Assembly: GCA_045565515.1 (NCBI GenBank)
Contig: JBJLFF010000019.1
Coordinates: 46,960-110,959, forward strand
Direction: 5' to 3'
Length of the DNA: 64,000 nucleotides
From: Candidatus Puniceispirillales bacterium
GTDB lineage: Bacteria; Pseudomonadota; Alphaproteobacteria; Puniceispirillales; GCA-002684695
Position numbers and translations under genes: made by a program. The notes under the pieces were generated by a model, which was given only the letters and a program-made list of their open reading frames with translations, was not told where the DNA came from and made no database searches. Positions within the stretch are counted from its first letter, which is position 1, and every line of letters starts with the position of its first letter. This document shows, piece after piece, positions 12,318 to 21,265 of this stretch.

Positions 12318-13073
12318 ATGGGAATCAAACTTAATTTTAAATCTCAAGGTCAGGCTCACAATGAAACTATTTTATTTATTCATCCATTAGGAGCTGATCA
12401 TTCGGTTTTTGATTCTGTTATAAATGGTGTCAAAAATACTTATCATTGTATTTCTGTTGATATAAGAGGTCATGGAAAGTCTCCAGTTTTGGAGCCTCCT
12501 TATTCTATAGAAGAAATGGCACAAGATATTGCATCAACTTTTAACTTTGAAAGCCCGATTAATATAATGGGTGTTTCAATTGGTGGAATGATTGCAATGA
12601 GTCTAGAAATTAATAAAATGATACCTATCAAAAAATTAATACTATCTGATACTGGGCATAAAATTGGTAATCATGATCTTTGGCAAGAGAGAGTCGACTT
12701 GGTGCAGGCAGGTGGATTAGAGAAGATTGTTGATATGGCGATAGAAAGGTGGTTTCCCAAGGAATTTAGAGATGCTTCACCAAAAATTATGGAAGAGTGT
12801 AAAAGCCTTCAATTGAAAAATACAGTAAAAGGTTATGTGGGAGCTTGCCAGGCAATTCAATCAGAAGACTTAACAAATCACTTATCAAAAATTACATGCA
12901 AAGTTCTGGTTTTAACTGGTACCAAAGATATTTCAACACCACCTGAACTTGGTAAAGAATTAGCTGCTTTACTCCCTTATGGAAATTTTAAGGAATTAAA
13001 TGGTATTGGGCATGTACCACCTTTACAGAGCCCTGATATGATTATAAATATTTTACAAGAATTTCTAAATTAA
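12318..13073 (+). CDS. pcaD: 3-oxoadipate enol-lactonase
   Basis: 251-aa alpha/beta hydrolase. Nucleophile elbow GVSIGG and C-terminal GIGHVPPLQSP. Immediately precedes pcaC and pcaHG. Confidence 0.8.
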   Translation: MGIKLNFKSQGQAHNETILFIHPLGADHSVFDSVINGVKNTYHCISVDIRGHGKSPVLEPPYSIEEMAQDIASTFNFESPINIMGVSIGGMIAMSLEINKMIPIKKLILSDTGHKIGNHDLWQERVDLVQAGGLEKIVDMAIERWFPKEFRDASPKIMEECKSLQLKNTVKGYVGACQAIQSEDLTNHLSKITCKVLVLTGTKDISTPPELGKELAALLPYGNFKELNGIGHVPPLQSPDMIINILQEFLN

Positions 13074-13085
13074 GATGTTAAGAAA

Positions 13086-13472
13086 ATGACACAGAAAAAT
13101 AAAACGAGCACATATACAAAAGGCATGGAAATTAGGAGACAAGTGTTAGGAATTAAGCATGTTGAAAATGCTATAAAAAATACTAACAAAATTGATGAAA
13201 AATTTCAAAAATTTATAACTGAAGGTGCTTGGGGATCAGTCTGGTCAGGTGATCAGCTTACAAAAAGAGATAGAAGTTTAATAACGATTTCATTATTAGC
13301 AGCATTAGGTCATCATGAAGAGTTAGAAATGCATTTTAATGCATCTAAAAATACAGGCGCGACTTATAGTGAAATTGCTGAAACTTTAATGCATGTTGCT
13401 GTTTACGCAGGCGTGCCAGCATCTAACAGTGCATTCAAAATATTAAAAAAGGTTTTTCAAGAAAGTAAATAG
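13086..13472 (+). CDS. pcaC: 4-carboxymuconolactone decarboxylase
   Basis: 128 aa. CMD-family pattern AWGSVWSGDQLTKRDRSLITISLLAALGHHEEL. Lies in the pca gene context. Confidence 0.85.
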   Translation: MTQKNKTSTYTKGMEIRRQVLGIKHVENAIKNTNKIDEKFQKFITEGAWGSVWSGDQLTKRDRSLITISLLAALGHHEELEMHFNASKNTGATYSEIAETLMHVAVYAGVPASNSAFKILKKVFQESK

Positions 13473-13478
13473 ATCAAT

Positions 13479-14183
13479 ATGCAAAATAATCCATGGAACA
13501 AAAGAGATTGGTCAAACCATCCAGATTTGATTTATCCAGATTATAAATCTACAATTTTGAGGAACCCTCAAAACCCTCTCAAAAAACTAAATAATTTTAA
13601 CGAAATTCCTGGACCCAAGTTTGAAAGCTTTTCAATACGAACGATTGATTCTGATTTAACTTTAAATGCTAAAAAAGACCATAACCCTATAGGAGAAAGA
13701 ATTATTGTACTTGGGCAAGTTAAAGATGAATTTGGTAAGCCAGTACCAAATTGCCTAATAGAAATTTGGCAAGCAAATTCTGCAGGAAGATACGTTCACA
13801 GAGAAGAAATACATGATGCTCCTTTAGACCCCAATTTTTTAGGTGCAGGAATGACACTGACTGATGATAATGGAAATTATAAGTTTACTACAATAAAGCC
13901 CGGCTCTTACCCATGGGGTAATCATCATAATGCATGGCGACCAGCACATATTCATTTTTCTATCTTTGGAAGATCTTTTGTAGATAGACTTGTTACACAA
14001 ATGTATTTTGAAGGTGACCCATTATTTAAATACGATCCAATATTTAATTCAATTCCTGATAAAAAAGCTCAAAATAGACTAATTGCTAAATTTTCAATCG
14101 ATAAAACCGTTCCTGAGTTTGCCCATGCATATGTTTTTGATATTGTCCTCAGAGGGCGACAAGCAACGCCAATGGAAGTTTAA
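13479..14183 (+). CDS. pcaH: protocatechuate 3,4-dioxygenase beta subunit
   Basis: 234 aa. Intradiol dioxygenase blocks IEIWQANSAGRYVH and WRPAHIHFSIFG (iron ligands). Confidence 0.92.
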   Translation: MQNNPWNKRDWSNHPDLIYPDYKSTILRNPQNPLKKLNNFNEIPGPKFESFSIRTIDSDLTLNAKKDHNPIGERIIVLGQVKDEFGKPVPNCLIEIWQANSAGRYVHREEIHDAPLDPNFLGAGMTLTDDNGNYKFTTIKPGSYPWGNHHNAWRPAHIHFSIFGRSFVDRLVTQMYFEGDPLFKYDPIFNSIPDKKAQNRLIAKFSIDKTVPEFAHAYVFDIVLRGRQATPMEV

Positions 14184-14186
14184 AAA

Positions 14187-14756
14187 ATGAAAAAAAATAC
14201 TTTTTTACAAACTTCTTCTCAAACTGTAGGGCCTTTTTTTGCTTATGGGTTAACTGCCCAACAATATAGATATGACTTTCCAAGTCTATTTAATGGTAAT
14301 CTCAGAAAAAATGATATTGATGGAAAAGAAATTTCTATTAAAGGTAGGGTTTTAGATGGGAAAGGTAATCCTTTACATGATGCCATGATAGAGATTTGGC
14401 AAGCTGATCCACAAGGTAATTATAATACTGATCAAAATAGTGATTTTTTAGGTTTCGGGAGAATGGGAACGGGTAGTGACAATTTTATTGGGTTTAATTT
14501 TTTGACATATAAACCTGGAAAAATTAATGATAGTTCCGCGCCTCACATAAATTTAACAGTTTTTGCTAGAGGGATGCTTAATCATTTATTTACTAGAATA
14601 TATTTTTCTGATGAGAAAAACGAAATTGATGAAGTATTTAATCAAGTTGATCCATTACTAAGACCAAGATTAATTGCTGAAAAAGTTAATGAAGAAGAAT
14701 ATTATTTTGATATAATTCTTCAGGGTGAAAATGAGACGATATTTTTTGACATATAG
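14187..14756 (+). CDS. pcaG: protocatechuate 3,4-dioxygenase alpha subunit
   Basis: 189 aa. IEIWQADPQGNY and APHINLTVFARG blocks. Starts 3 nt after pcaH. Confidence 0.9.
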   Translation: MKKNTFLQTSSQTVGPFFAYGLTAQQYRYDFPSLFNGNLRKNDIDGKEISIKGRVLDGKGNPLHDAMIEIWQADPQGNYNTDQNSDFLGFGRMGTGSDNFIGFNFLTYKPGKINDSSAPHINLTVFARGMLNHLFTRIYFSDEKNEIDEVFNQVDPLLRPRLIAEKVNEEEYYFDIILQGENETIFFDI

Positions 14757-14776
14757 AATTTAATTAGGATGTTTTA

Positions 14777-15637
14777 ATGACAAAATTTTTATCATTAGAG
14801 GAGGGAGTAAGAGAAAATCTTAAACCTGGCAACCAAGTTTGTTTTGAGGGTTTTACACACCTAATTCCTCATGCTTCTGCTCATGAGGTTATTCGCCAAA
14901 AGATAGGCAGCTTAACTATAGTAAGAATGACACCCGATGTGATTTATGATCAGCTAATCGGAATGGGGTTGGTTAAGAAAATGATTTTTTCATATGCTGG
15001 GAATCCAGGAGTGGGTCTTTTAAGAAGGTTTCGTGACTCAGTTGAAAATGGATGGCCTAATAAAATTGAAATAGAAGAGCATTCTCATTCAGCTATGGCC
15101 CATGCTTATGAAGCGGGTGCTGCTGGTTTGCCATGTGCTATATTTCGGGGTTACATGGGCGCTGAATTAAGGGAGGTTAATTCAAATATAAAAGAAGTAA
15201 CTTGTCCATTTACTGGTGAAGAATTAACTGCAATACCTGCTTTAAATCCTGATGTAGCATTTATTCATGCGCAAAAGGCAGATAAAAAAGGAAATGTTTT
15301 AATTGAGGGAATACTAGGTGTTCAAAAAGAAGCCGTTTTAGCATCAAAAAGATCAATAGTAACTGTAGAGGAAATAGTAGAAAAATTAGATTGTCACCCC
15401 AACACAACAATACTTCCATATTGGACAACATCTGCAATTTGCCATGTTCCTGGAGGCGCTCACCCATCCTATGCTAGAGGTTATTATAAAAGAGATAACG
15501 CAAACTATATTGAGTGGGATAAAATTGCTTCTGACAGAGCAACTTTTTTAAGCTGGATGCAAGAAAATGTTATTAAAGTGTCCCCAAAAATATTTCAAAA
15601 TAGAATAAAAAATTTAAAAGAAGATGAAAATGAATAA
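14777..15637 (+). CDS. pcaI: 3-oxoadipate CoA-transferase subunit A (family I CoA-transferase)
   Basis: 286 aa. Glutaconate/3-oxoacid CoA-transferase A-subunit-like sequence. Overlaps the B subunit by 14 nt and lies between pcaG and pcaF. Confidence 0.8.
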   Translation: MTKFLSLEEGVRENLKPGNQVCFEGFTHLIPHASAHEVIRQKIGSLTIVRMTPDVIYDQLIGMGLVKKMIFSYAGNPGVGLLRRFRDSVENGWPNKIEIEEHSHSAMAHAYEAGAAGLPCAIFRGYMGAELREVNSNIKEVTCPFTGEELTAIPALNPDVAFIHAQKADKKGNVLIEGILGVQKEAVLASKRSIVTVEEIVEKLDCHPNTTILPYWTTSAICHVPGGAHPSYARGYYKRDNANYIEWDKIASDRATFLSWMQENVIKVSPKIFQNRIKNLKEDENE

Positions 15638-16415
15638 TAATTATTCTCCTGATGAAATGATGACTATAGTTGCATCAAGAGCTCTTAAGAATGATGATGT
15701 TTGTTTTGTTGGAATTGGAGCTCCGTCTGCAGCCTGTAATATAGCTAGATTAACTCACGCTCCAGACATAACACTTATCTATGAAAGTGGAACTATAGGT
15801 ACTGCACCAAATATTTTGCCTCTTTCGATTGGTGATGGGGAGCTATGTGAAACTGCTCTCACAACAGTTTCAGTTCCTGAAATGTTTAGGTATTGGCTTC
15901 AGGGTGGTAGGATTACTATTGGGTTTTTGGGTGCTGCTCAATTAGATAAGTTTGGAAATATTAATACAACAGTAATTGGAGATTACAGTGGACCCAAAAC
16001 TCGTTTGCCGGGTGGAGGTGGGGCTCCTGAAATAGCTTCATCTGCAAAACAAGTATATATAACAATGAAGCAATCTCTTAGAGGTATGGTAGAAAAAATA
16101 GATTTTTTCACTAGTTTTGGACATGGATCAGGAGGAAACGAGAGAAAATCAAGAAATATTAATACTGAAGGACCAAGTTTGTTAATAACAGATTTAGCAA
16201 TTTGGAAACCAGATCCGATTTCCAAGGAGTTTACTGTTCATTCACTTCATACTGGCGTTTCTAAAGAAATGGTCCAAGATAGTTGTGGGTGGAAGGTAAA
16301 GTATTCTGACAACATTGAAGTTACTGAACCACCTACAGAATTAGAATTAAAAACTTTAAGGGATTTAAAGGAAAGAACAAAAATAGCAAACTCAAGGAAA
16401 GATACAAACTTATGA
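15624..16415 (+). CDS. pcaJ: 3-oxoadipate CoA-transferase subunit B
   Basis: 263 aa. Catalytic-Glu region LIYESGTIG and glycine-rich loop LPGGGGAPE. ATGA overlap with pcaF. An alternative ATG lies at 15630. Confidence 0.8.
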   Translation: MKMNNNYSPDEMMTIVASRALKNDDVCFVGIGAPSAACNIARLTHAPDITLIYESGTIGTAPNILPLSIGDGELCETALTTVSVPEMFRYWLQGGRITIGFLGAAQLDKFGNINTTVIGDYSGPKTRLPGGGGAPEIASSAKQVYITMKQSLRGMVEKIDFFTSFGHGSGGNERKSRNINTEGPSLLITDLAIWKPDPISKEFTVHSLHTGVSKEMVQDSCGWKVKYSDNIEVTEPPTELELKTLRDLKERTKIANSRKDTNL

Positions 16416-17614
16416 AAGATGCTTTTATATGTGATGCAATTAGATCACCTATTGGAAGATTTGGTGGAAGCCTTGCAACAATTAGAGCTGATGATCTAGC
16501 ATCACTTTCATTAAAAGAATTAATAAAAAGAAATAGCTCAATAAATTGGGAAGACGTGGATGAGGTTGTTTTTGGCTGTGCTAATCAATCTGGTGAAGAT
16601 AATAGGAATGTAGCTAGGATGTCGCTATTACTTGCTGGACTGCCTCAAACAATTCCTGGAATTACAATCAATAGACTATGTGCTTCAGGATTAGAAGCTG
16701 TTACATATGCTGCTAGAATGATTAAATCTAATGAAGCGGATTTAGTCATTGCAGGTGGTGTAGAGAGTATGAGCAGAGCTCCATTTGTTATTCCAAAGTC
16801 ATCATCAGCTTTTTCAAGAAACGCTGAGATTTATGATACGACTATAGGATGGAGATTCATAAATCCAATCATGAAAGAAAAATATGGTGTTGATTCTATG
16901 CCAGAGACAGGAGAAAATGTTGCAGAACAATGGAATATAAGTAGAGAGGATCAGGATAAGTTTGCATTTTGGTCTCAAAAAAAGACTTCCAAAGCAATAT
17001 CATCTGGAAGATTTAAAAACGAGACTTTTAATATAAAAATTAATTTAAAAAAGAATGAAATAATTTTTAGAGGTGATGAACATCCTCGAGAGACTAGCAT
17101 AGAAAAACTAAACTCCTTACCAACTCCATTTAGAAAAAATGGAACTGTAACTGCGGGAAATGCAAGTGGAGTCAATGATGGCTCTGCTGCATTGATAATA
17201 GCATCAGAACAAGCAGTAAAAAAATATAACCTAAATCCAAGAGCAAAAATTATAAATTCTGCGGCGGTTGGTGTTGAACCAAGAATTATGGGAATTGGTC
17301 CTGTTGGAGCCACAAAAAAGGCTCTTTCACTTTCAAACCTAAATTTAGATAATATTCAAGTAATAGAATTAAATGAAGCTTTTGCCTCACAAGCTTTGGC
17401 AACGATTCGAGATTTGGGATTATCTGATGATGATGATCGTGTAAATATTAATGGTGGGGCAATAGCTTTAGGCCATCCATTGGGTATGTCAGGTGCTCGT
17501 TTGGTTCTAACTGCCACTGAAGAGTTACATCAAAATAATAATAATAAGATGGCTCTTTGTTCTATGTGTGTAGGTGTAGGACAAGGAAGTGCGATAATTC
17601 TTGAAAAAACTTAA
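16412..17614 (+). CDS. pcaF: 3-oxoadipyl-CoA thiolase
   Basis: 400 aa. Thiolase motifs [10 protein letters not shown] (active Cys), [24 protein letters not shown] and CVGVGQG. Confidence 0.9.
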   Translation: MKDAFICDAIRSPIGRFGGSLATIRADDLASLSLKELIKRNSSINWEDVDEVVFGCANQSGEDNRNVARMSLLLAGLPQTIPGITINRLCASGLEAVTYAARMIKSNEADLVIAGGVESMSRAPFVIPKSSSAFSRNAEIYDTTIGWRFINPIMKEKYGVDSMPETGENVAEQWNISREDQDKFAFWSQKKTSKAISSGRFKNETFNIKINLKKNEIIFRGDEHPRETSIEKLNSLPTPFRKNGTVTAGNASGVNDGSAALIIASEQAVKKYNLNPRAKIINSAAVGVEPRIMGIGPVGATKKALSLSNLNLDNIQVIELNEAFASQALATIRDLGLSDDDDRVNINGGAIALGHPLGMSGARLVLTATEELHQNNNNKMALCSMCVGVGQGSAIILEKT

Positions 17615-17649
17615 ACTTCAAATTTTTAGCTAATTTACTTTTGGAACAA

Positions 17650-18240
17650 TTATAAGGCTTTAAGGTTAAGATTTTTTCGGAATCTATTTTTTAACTCTAC
17701 TCCGTCTAATATAGGCAAACTTCTGGGTGGTAGTTGGGGTTCAACTTTTATATTTGCAAAAATGGGACCGTCAATAGGTGGAAGATAATCTATCAAATTA
17801 TTTAAATCATTATCAGATTTTACAGAAAAACTATGTTTAAAATTTGAAGCTTTTGCAATTTTATGTAGATCAACTCCAAATGAAGTATGGCTTTTTTGCA
17901 TTCCAGTTTCTCCATAATAGCCATTATCTAAAACTATAATAGACAAGTTATTTGGTTTTTGAACACCAATTGTTGCGAGTGAACCCACTCCCATTAATTG
18001 TTCGCCATCTCCAGTTATTACTATTACTGGTAAATTTGGATTAGCCATTGCTAGTCCAAGCCCAACCATTGCAGCACCTCCCATGGCACCCCATAAGTAA
18101 AAGTTTGAATCATTATCACCAGCATCAAATACATCATATGTTGGTGACCCTAAACCAGTAATTATCTTAGCTGCTTTTCGATTATCAACTATCTGTTTTA
18201 CAACTGATCTTCTTTTTAAATTAATATCTTTTCCTACCAT
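17650..18240 (-). CDS. comE: TPP-dependent sulfopyruvate/phosphonopyruvate decarboxylase, beta subunit
   Basis: 196 aa. TPP-binding motif ITGDGEQLMG...LDNG. Overlaps the alpha-subunit gene by 7 nt. The split two-subunit layout matches ComDE-type enzymes. Confidence 0.65.
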   Translation of the reverse strand: MVGKDINLKRRSVVKQIVDNRKAAKIITGLGSPTYDVFDAGDNDSNFYLWGAMGGAAMVGLGLAMANPNLPVIVITGDGEQLMGVGSLATIGVQKPNNLSIIVLDNGYYGETGMQKSHTSFGVDLHKIAKASNFKHSFSVKSDNDLNNLIDYLPPIDGPIFANIKVEPQLPPRSLPILDGVELKNRFRKNLNLKAL

Positions 18241-18749
18241 TCTTTTCTTCCAAGTAATCTTTGGGATAATAAAACAGCAATTTGTTGGTCACTTGAAAAG
18301 GCACTGTATAATGCTGCATCAGTAAAAGAGATTACATCTATTGGATTAGTAGCTTTATGAACTACTACACCCATATTTTCTAGGCAACCTTGCGTAGCTT
18401 TACCCATTGGAACTTGCCATGAATTAAATTCTCCAAATTCTCCACGCATAGTAATCAAAGTAACAAAAGGGAAATTACAATTTGACAATAATGAAAGCAT
18501 GTTAATACAGTTTCCAACACCACTGCTTTGCATTAAAAGAACAGATTTTTTGCCACCAAGCCAACAACCACCTGAAAAGGCAACACCCTCTTCTTCAGTA
18601 CTTAAAACTATAGGTTTTATAGATTGATCTTCTTCTGAAAGTGAAATTAATTTGGCATGTCCTGCATCAGGTACATATGGCAAAAAATTAATTTTATGCC
18701 TTTTTATAATGTCAAATAAATTTTTTTCCCAGTTGTTGTCAGTAATCAT
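18234..18749 (-). CDS. comD: TPP-dependent sulfopyruvate/phosphonopyruvate decarboxylase, alpha subunit
   Basis: 171 aa. Pyrimidine-binding half of a TPP enzyme (LSTEEEGVAFSGGCWLGGKKSVLLMQSSGVGN). Coupled to the beta subunit. Confidence 0.65.
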   Translation of the reverse strand: MITDNNWEKNLFDIIKRHKINFLPYVPDAGHAKLISLSEEDQSIKPIVLSTEEEGVAFSGGCWLGGKKSVLLMQSSGVGNCINMLSLLSNCNFPFVTLITMRGEFGEFNSWQVPMGKATQGCLENMGVVVHKATNPIDVISFTDAALYSAFSSDQQIAVLLSQRLLGRKEW

Positions 18750-18924
18750 TTCTTTTGTAAATAATGTTTCTCTTTGAAAATAAAAATATATTTTAACTTA
18801 ATAATTATATTACTGATAAATAGAATCAATAATTAAACTATTTTATTAAATTTAAATTATTTTGATTAACATTAAATATAAAGCTATCTTTAAAATATTA
18901 ATTCTCATTAATTAAAAGTTAGTT

Positions 18925-20478
18925 ATGATTACAGAAGTAAAAAGAAGAAATAAAAGAAAAAATCATCAGGATGATTTCAAGCAAATTGATCCAGTTATCT
19001 CAAAAGGTATGGAAGGTGGTAATTACAAACCATTAAGTGATAACGATATAAAAAAAATATATTCAACTGCATTAGAAGTATTAGAAAACTTAGGCGTTGG
19101 AAACCCATTGCCAGAACTATTAGATGCTGCAATTAATCAAGGTTGTAAAGTTAATGATGAAGGCAGGTTATGTTTTCCAAAGTCATTAGTAGAGGATGTA
19201 ATCAGTAGGGCAGGAAGGAACTTTACTTTATATGGGAGAGATCCAAAATATGACATTGAGCTTTCTGGAAATAAAGTCAATTTATTTGGAGCTGGTGAGG
19301 CAGTTTCAGTATTAGATTTGGGAGCAAATAAGTATCGCCCTTCAACTATCAACGATGTTTATGATATTGCTAGGATGGTCGACTATTTAGATAATATTCA
19401 TAGCTATTCCAGATTTGTGGTTCCAACAGAATTAAGTGAAGATTTATTGGTTGCTGACATTAACACAGCTTATGCAAGTTTAATGGGCACACAAAAGCAT
19501 ACGGCCCTTACATTTTCGGATGGAAAAAATGTTAAACCGACACTTGAAATGCTAGATATAATTGCAGGGGGAGAAGGAGAGTTTATAAAAAGACCATTTT
19601 GTCATGGAGGTGGCTGTACTATCGTTTCACCTTTACAATATGGAACTGATAATTGCGAAGTGGCTCTAGCATCATTACAATTAAATGCTCCAATTTGGGT
19701 TGTAATAGCACCTCAATCTGGAGCCACGGCACCTGCAGCTCTTGCAGGGTGTTTAGTACAGGCTTTAGCAGAGACTTTGGCGAGTCTTTTACTTATAGAT
19801 CTTATTAAACCAGGGCATCCTGTTATTTTTGGCCCTTGGCCTTTTGTTACAGACTTAAGAACAGGTGCTTTTTCTGGTGGTGGAGGTGAAGAAGCAATTA
19901 TGAGTGCAGCTTCAGCACAAATTACTAATTATTGCGGATTAGTTAGTTCAGTAGGTGCTGGTATGACTGATGCTAAAAGTCCTGATGCTCAGGCAGGTTA
20001 CGAAAAAGGTATTTCAATAGTGATGGCAGCATTAGCTGGTTGTAATAATGTCTCTGAATCTTCTGGAATGATGGCAAGTTTAATGGGATGCTCTTATGAG
20101 TCTCTTGTTATTGATAATGAAATGCTAGGTATGGTAATGAGAGTTGTTCGGGGTATTGAAGTCAACGATGATACTTTGTCTTATGACGTTATTAAGAAAA
20201 CTATTAAGGGTGAGGGGCACTTTTTAAGATCATCTCAAACATTGTCTCTCATGAAAACAGAGTATTTATATCCAGAATTAGCAGATAGATCTAGGCAAGA
20301 AGAATGGGAAGTTGAGGGTTCACCAGATATGAGAAAAAGAGCTGAACTTCATGCAAGAAAAATCTTAAACTCACATTATCCAGTTTATATAGATGATGAA
20401 ACTGATAAAAAAATTCGCGATAGATTCCCCATAAAAATAACAAAAAATATCATTAAACCTGATGCTAATAGGTTTTAA
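18925..20478 (+). CDS. MttB-superfamily (trimethylamine methyltransferase-like) protein, non-pyrrolysine type
   Basis: 517 aa. N-terminal pattern PLSDNDIKKIYSTALEVLENLGV is typical of the MttB family. The frame is uninterrupted, with no in-frame TAG. Confidence 0.75.
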   Translation: MITEVKRRNKRKNHQDDFKQIDPVISKGMEGGNYKPLSDNDIKKIYSTALEVLENLGVGNPLPELLDAAINQGCKVNDEGRLCFPKSLVEDVISRAGRNFTLYGRDPKYDIELSGNKVNLFGAGEAVSVLDLGANKYRPSTINDVYDIARMVDYLDNIHSYSRFVVPTELSEDLLVADINTAYASLMGTQKHTALTFSDGKNVKPTLEMLDIIAGGEGEFIKRPFCHGGGCTIVSPLQYGTDNCEVALASLQLNAPIWVVIAPQSGATAPAALAGCLVQALAETLASLLLIDLIKPGHPVIFGPWPFVTDLRTGAFSGGGGEEAIMSAASAQITNYCGLVSSVGAGMTDAKSPDAQAGYEKGISIVMAALAGCNNVSESSGMMASLMGCSYESLVIDNEMLGMVMRVVRGIEVNDDTLSYDVIKKTIKGEGHFLRSSQTLSLMKTEYLYPELADRSRQEEWEVEGSPDMRKRAELHARKILNSHYPVYIDDETDKKIRDRFPIKITKNIIKPDANRF

Positions 20479-20481
20479 AGA

Positions 20482-21258
20482 TTAACGTCTTTCAACCATT
20501 AATTTCTTTATTTCACCAATAGCTTTTGCAGGGTTTAATCCTTTGGGGCAAGTTTTTGAGCAATTCATTATAGTATGACATCTATAAAGTTTAAATGGAT
20601 CTTCTAACGCATCTAAACGTTCTCCAGTACTTTCGTCTCTACTATCTGCTATCCATCTGTAGGCTTGAAGGAGGACCGCTGGTCCAAGATACTGGTCTCC
20701 ATTCCACCAGTAAGAAGGGCAAGAAGTTGAACATGAGAAACATAAAACACACTCCCATGCACCATCTAGGACTGCTCTTTCTTCTTTAGATTGTCTTCTC
20801 TCACCATCTGTAGGGGGGCTGTCTGATTTTAGCCATGGTTCAATAGAACTTAATTGTGCATATGCTTTACTTAAATCTGGAACTAAGTCTTTTACAACGC
20901 TCATATGAGGAAGAGGAAAAATAACAACATCGCCTTTTACATCTTCAATACTTTTTAAACAAGCAAGGGTATTAGTACCATCTATATTCATTGAACAAGA
21001 GCCACAAATACCTTCTCTGCATGATCTTCTAAAAGTTAGGCTCCCATCAACTTCACTTTTAATTTTTATAAGTGCATCCAAAACCATTGGACCACAATCA
21101 TCTTTATCAATCGTAAAGGTATCAACTCTGGGATTACTATCATCATCTGGTGACCATCTGTATATTTTAAAAGTTTTTTGCTCACCGTCAGTTTTGGGCT
21201 TTGGGTGTTCGTGACCTTCAATAATCTCACTATTTTTTGGTAATTTAAACTCTGCCAT
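20482..21258 (-). CDS. sdhB: succinate dehydrogenase iron-sulfur subunit
   Basis: 258 aa. Three Cys clusters: [15 protein letters not shown] (2Fe-2S), [12 protein letters not shown] (4Fe-4S) and [12 protein letters not shown] (3Fe-4S). Confidence 0.95.
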   Translation of the reverse strand: MAEFKLPKNSEIIEGHEHPKPKTDGEQKTFKIYRWSPDDDSNPRVDTFTIDKDDCGPMVLDALIKIKSEVDGSLTFRRSCREGICGSCSMNIDGTNTLACLKSIEDVKGDVVIFPLPHMSVVKDLVPDLSKAYAQLSSIEPWLKSDSPPTDGERRQSKEERAVLDGAWECVLCFSCSTSCPSYWWNGDQYLGPAVLLQAYRWIADSRDESTGERLDALEDPFKLYRCHTIMNCSKTCPKGLNPAKAIGEIKKLMVERR

Positions 21259-21265
21259 AATTTAC

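Noticed and set aside
15261-17313. Minus-strand ORFs 15261-15467, 15983-16225 and 16975-17313 inside pcaI, pcaJ and pcaF
   Set aside because: They are antisense to motif-bearing genes in a tightly coupled operon. There are no start-site signals or recognisable domains.
19137-19352. Minus-strand ORF (71 aa) inside the MttB-family gene
   Set aside because: It is antisense to the uninterrupted 517-aa MttB-family frame. The product is low-complexity with no recognisable motif or start-site signal.
18925-20478. Possible in-frame amber (pyrrolysine) codon in the MttB-family gene
   Set aside because: The 517-aa frame is uninterrupted, so this is a non-Pyl MttB homolog.
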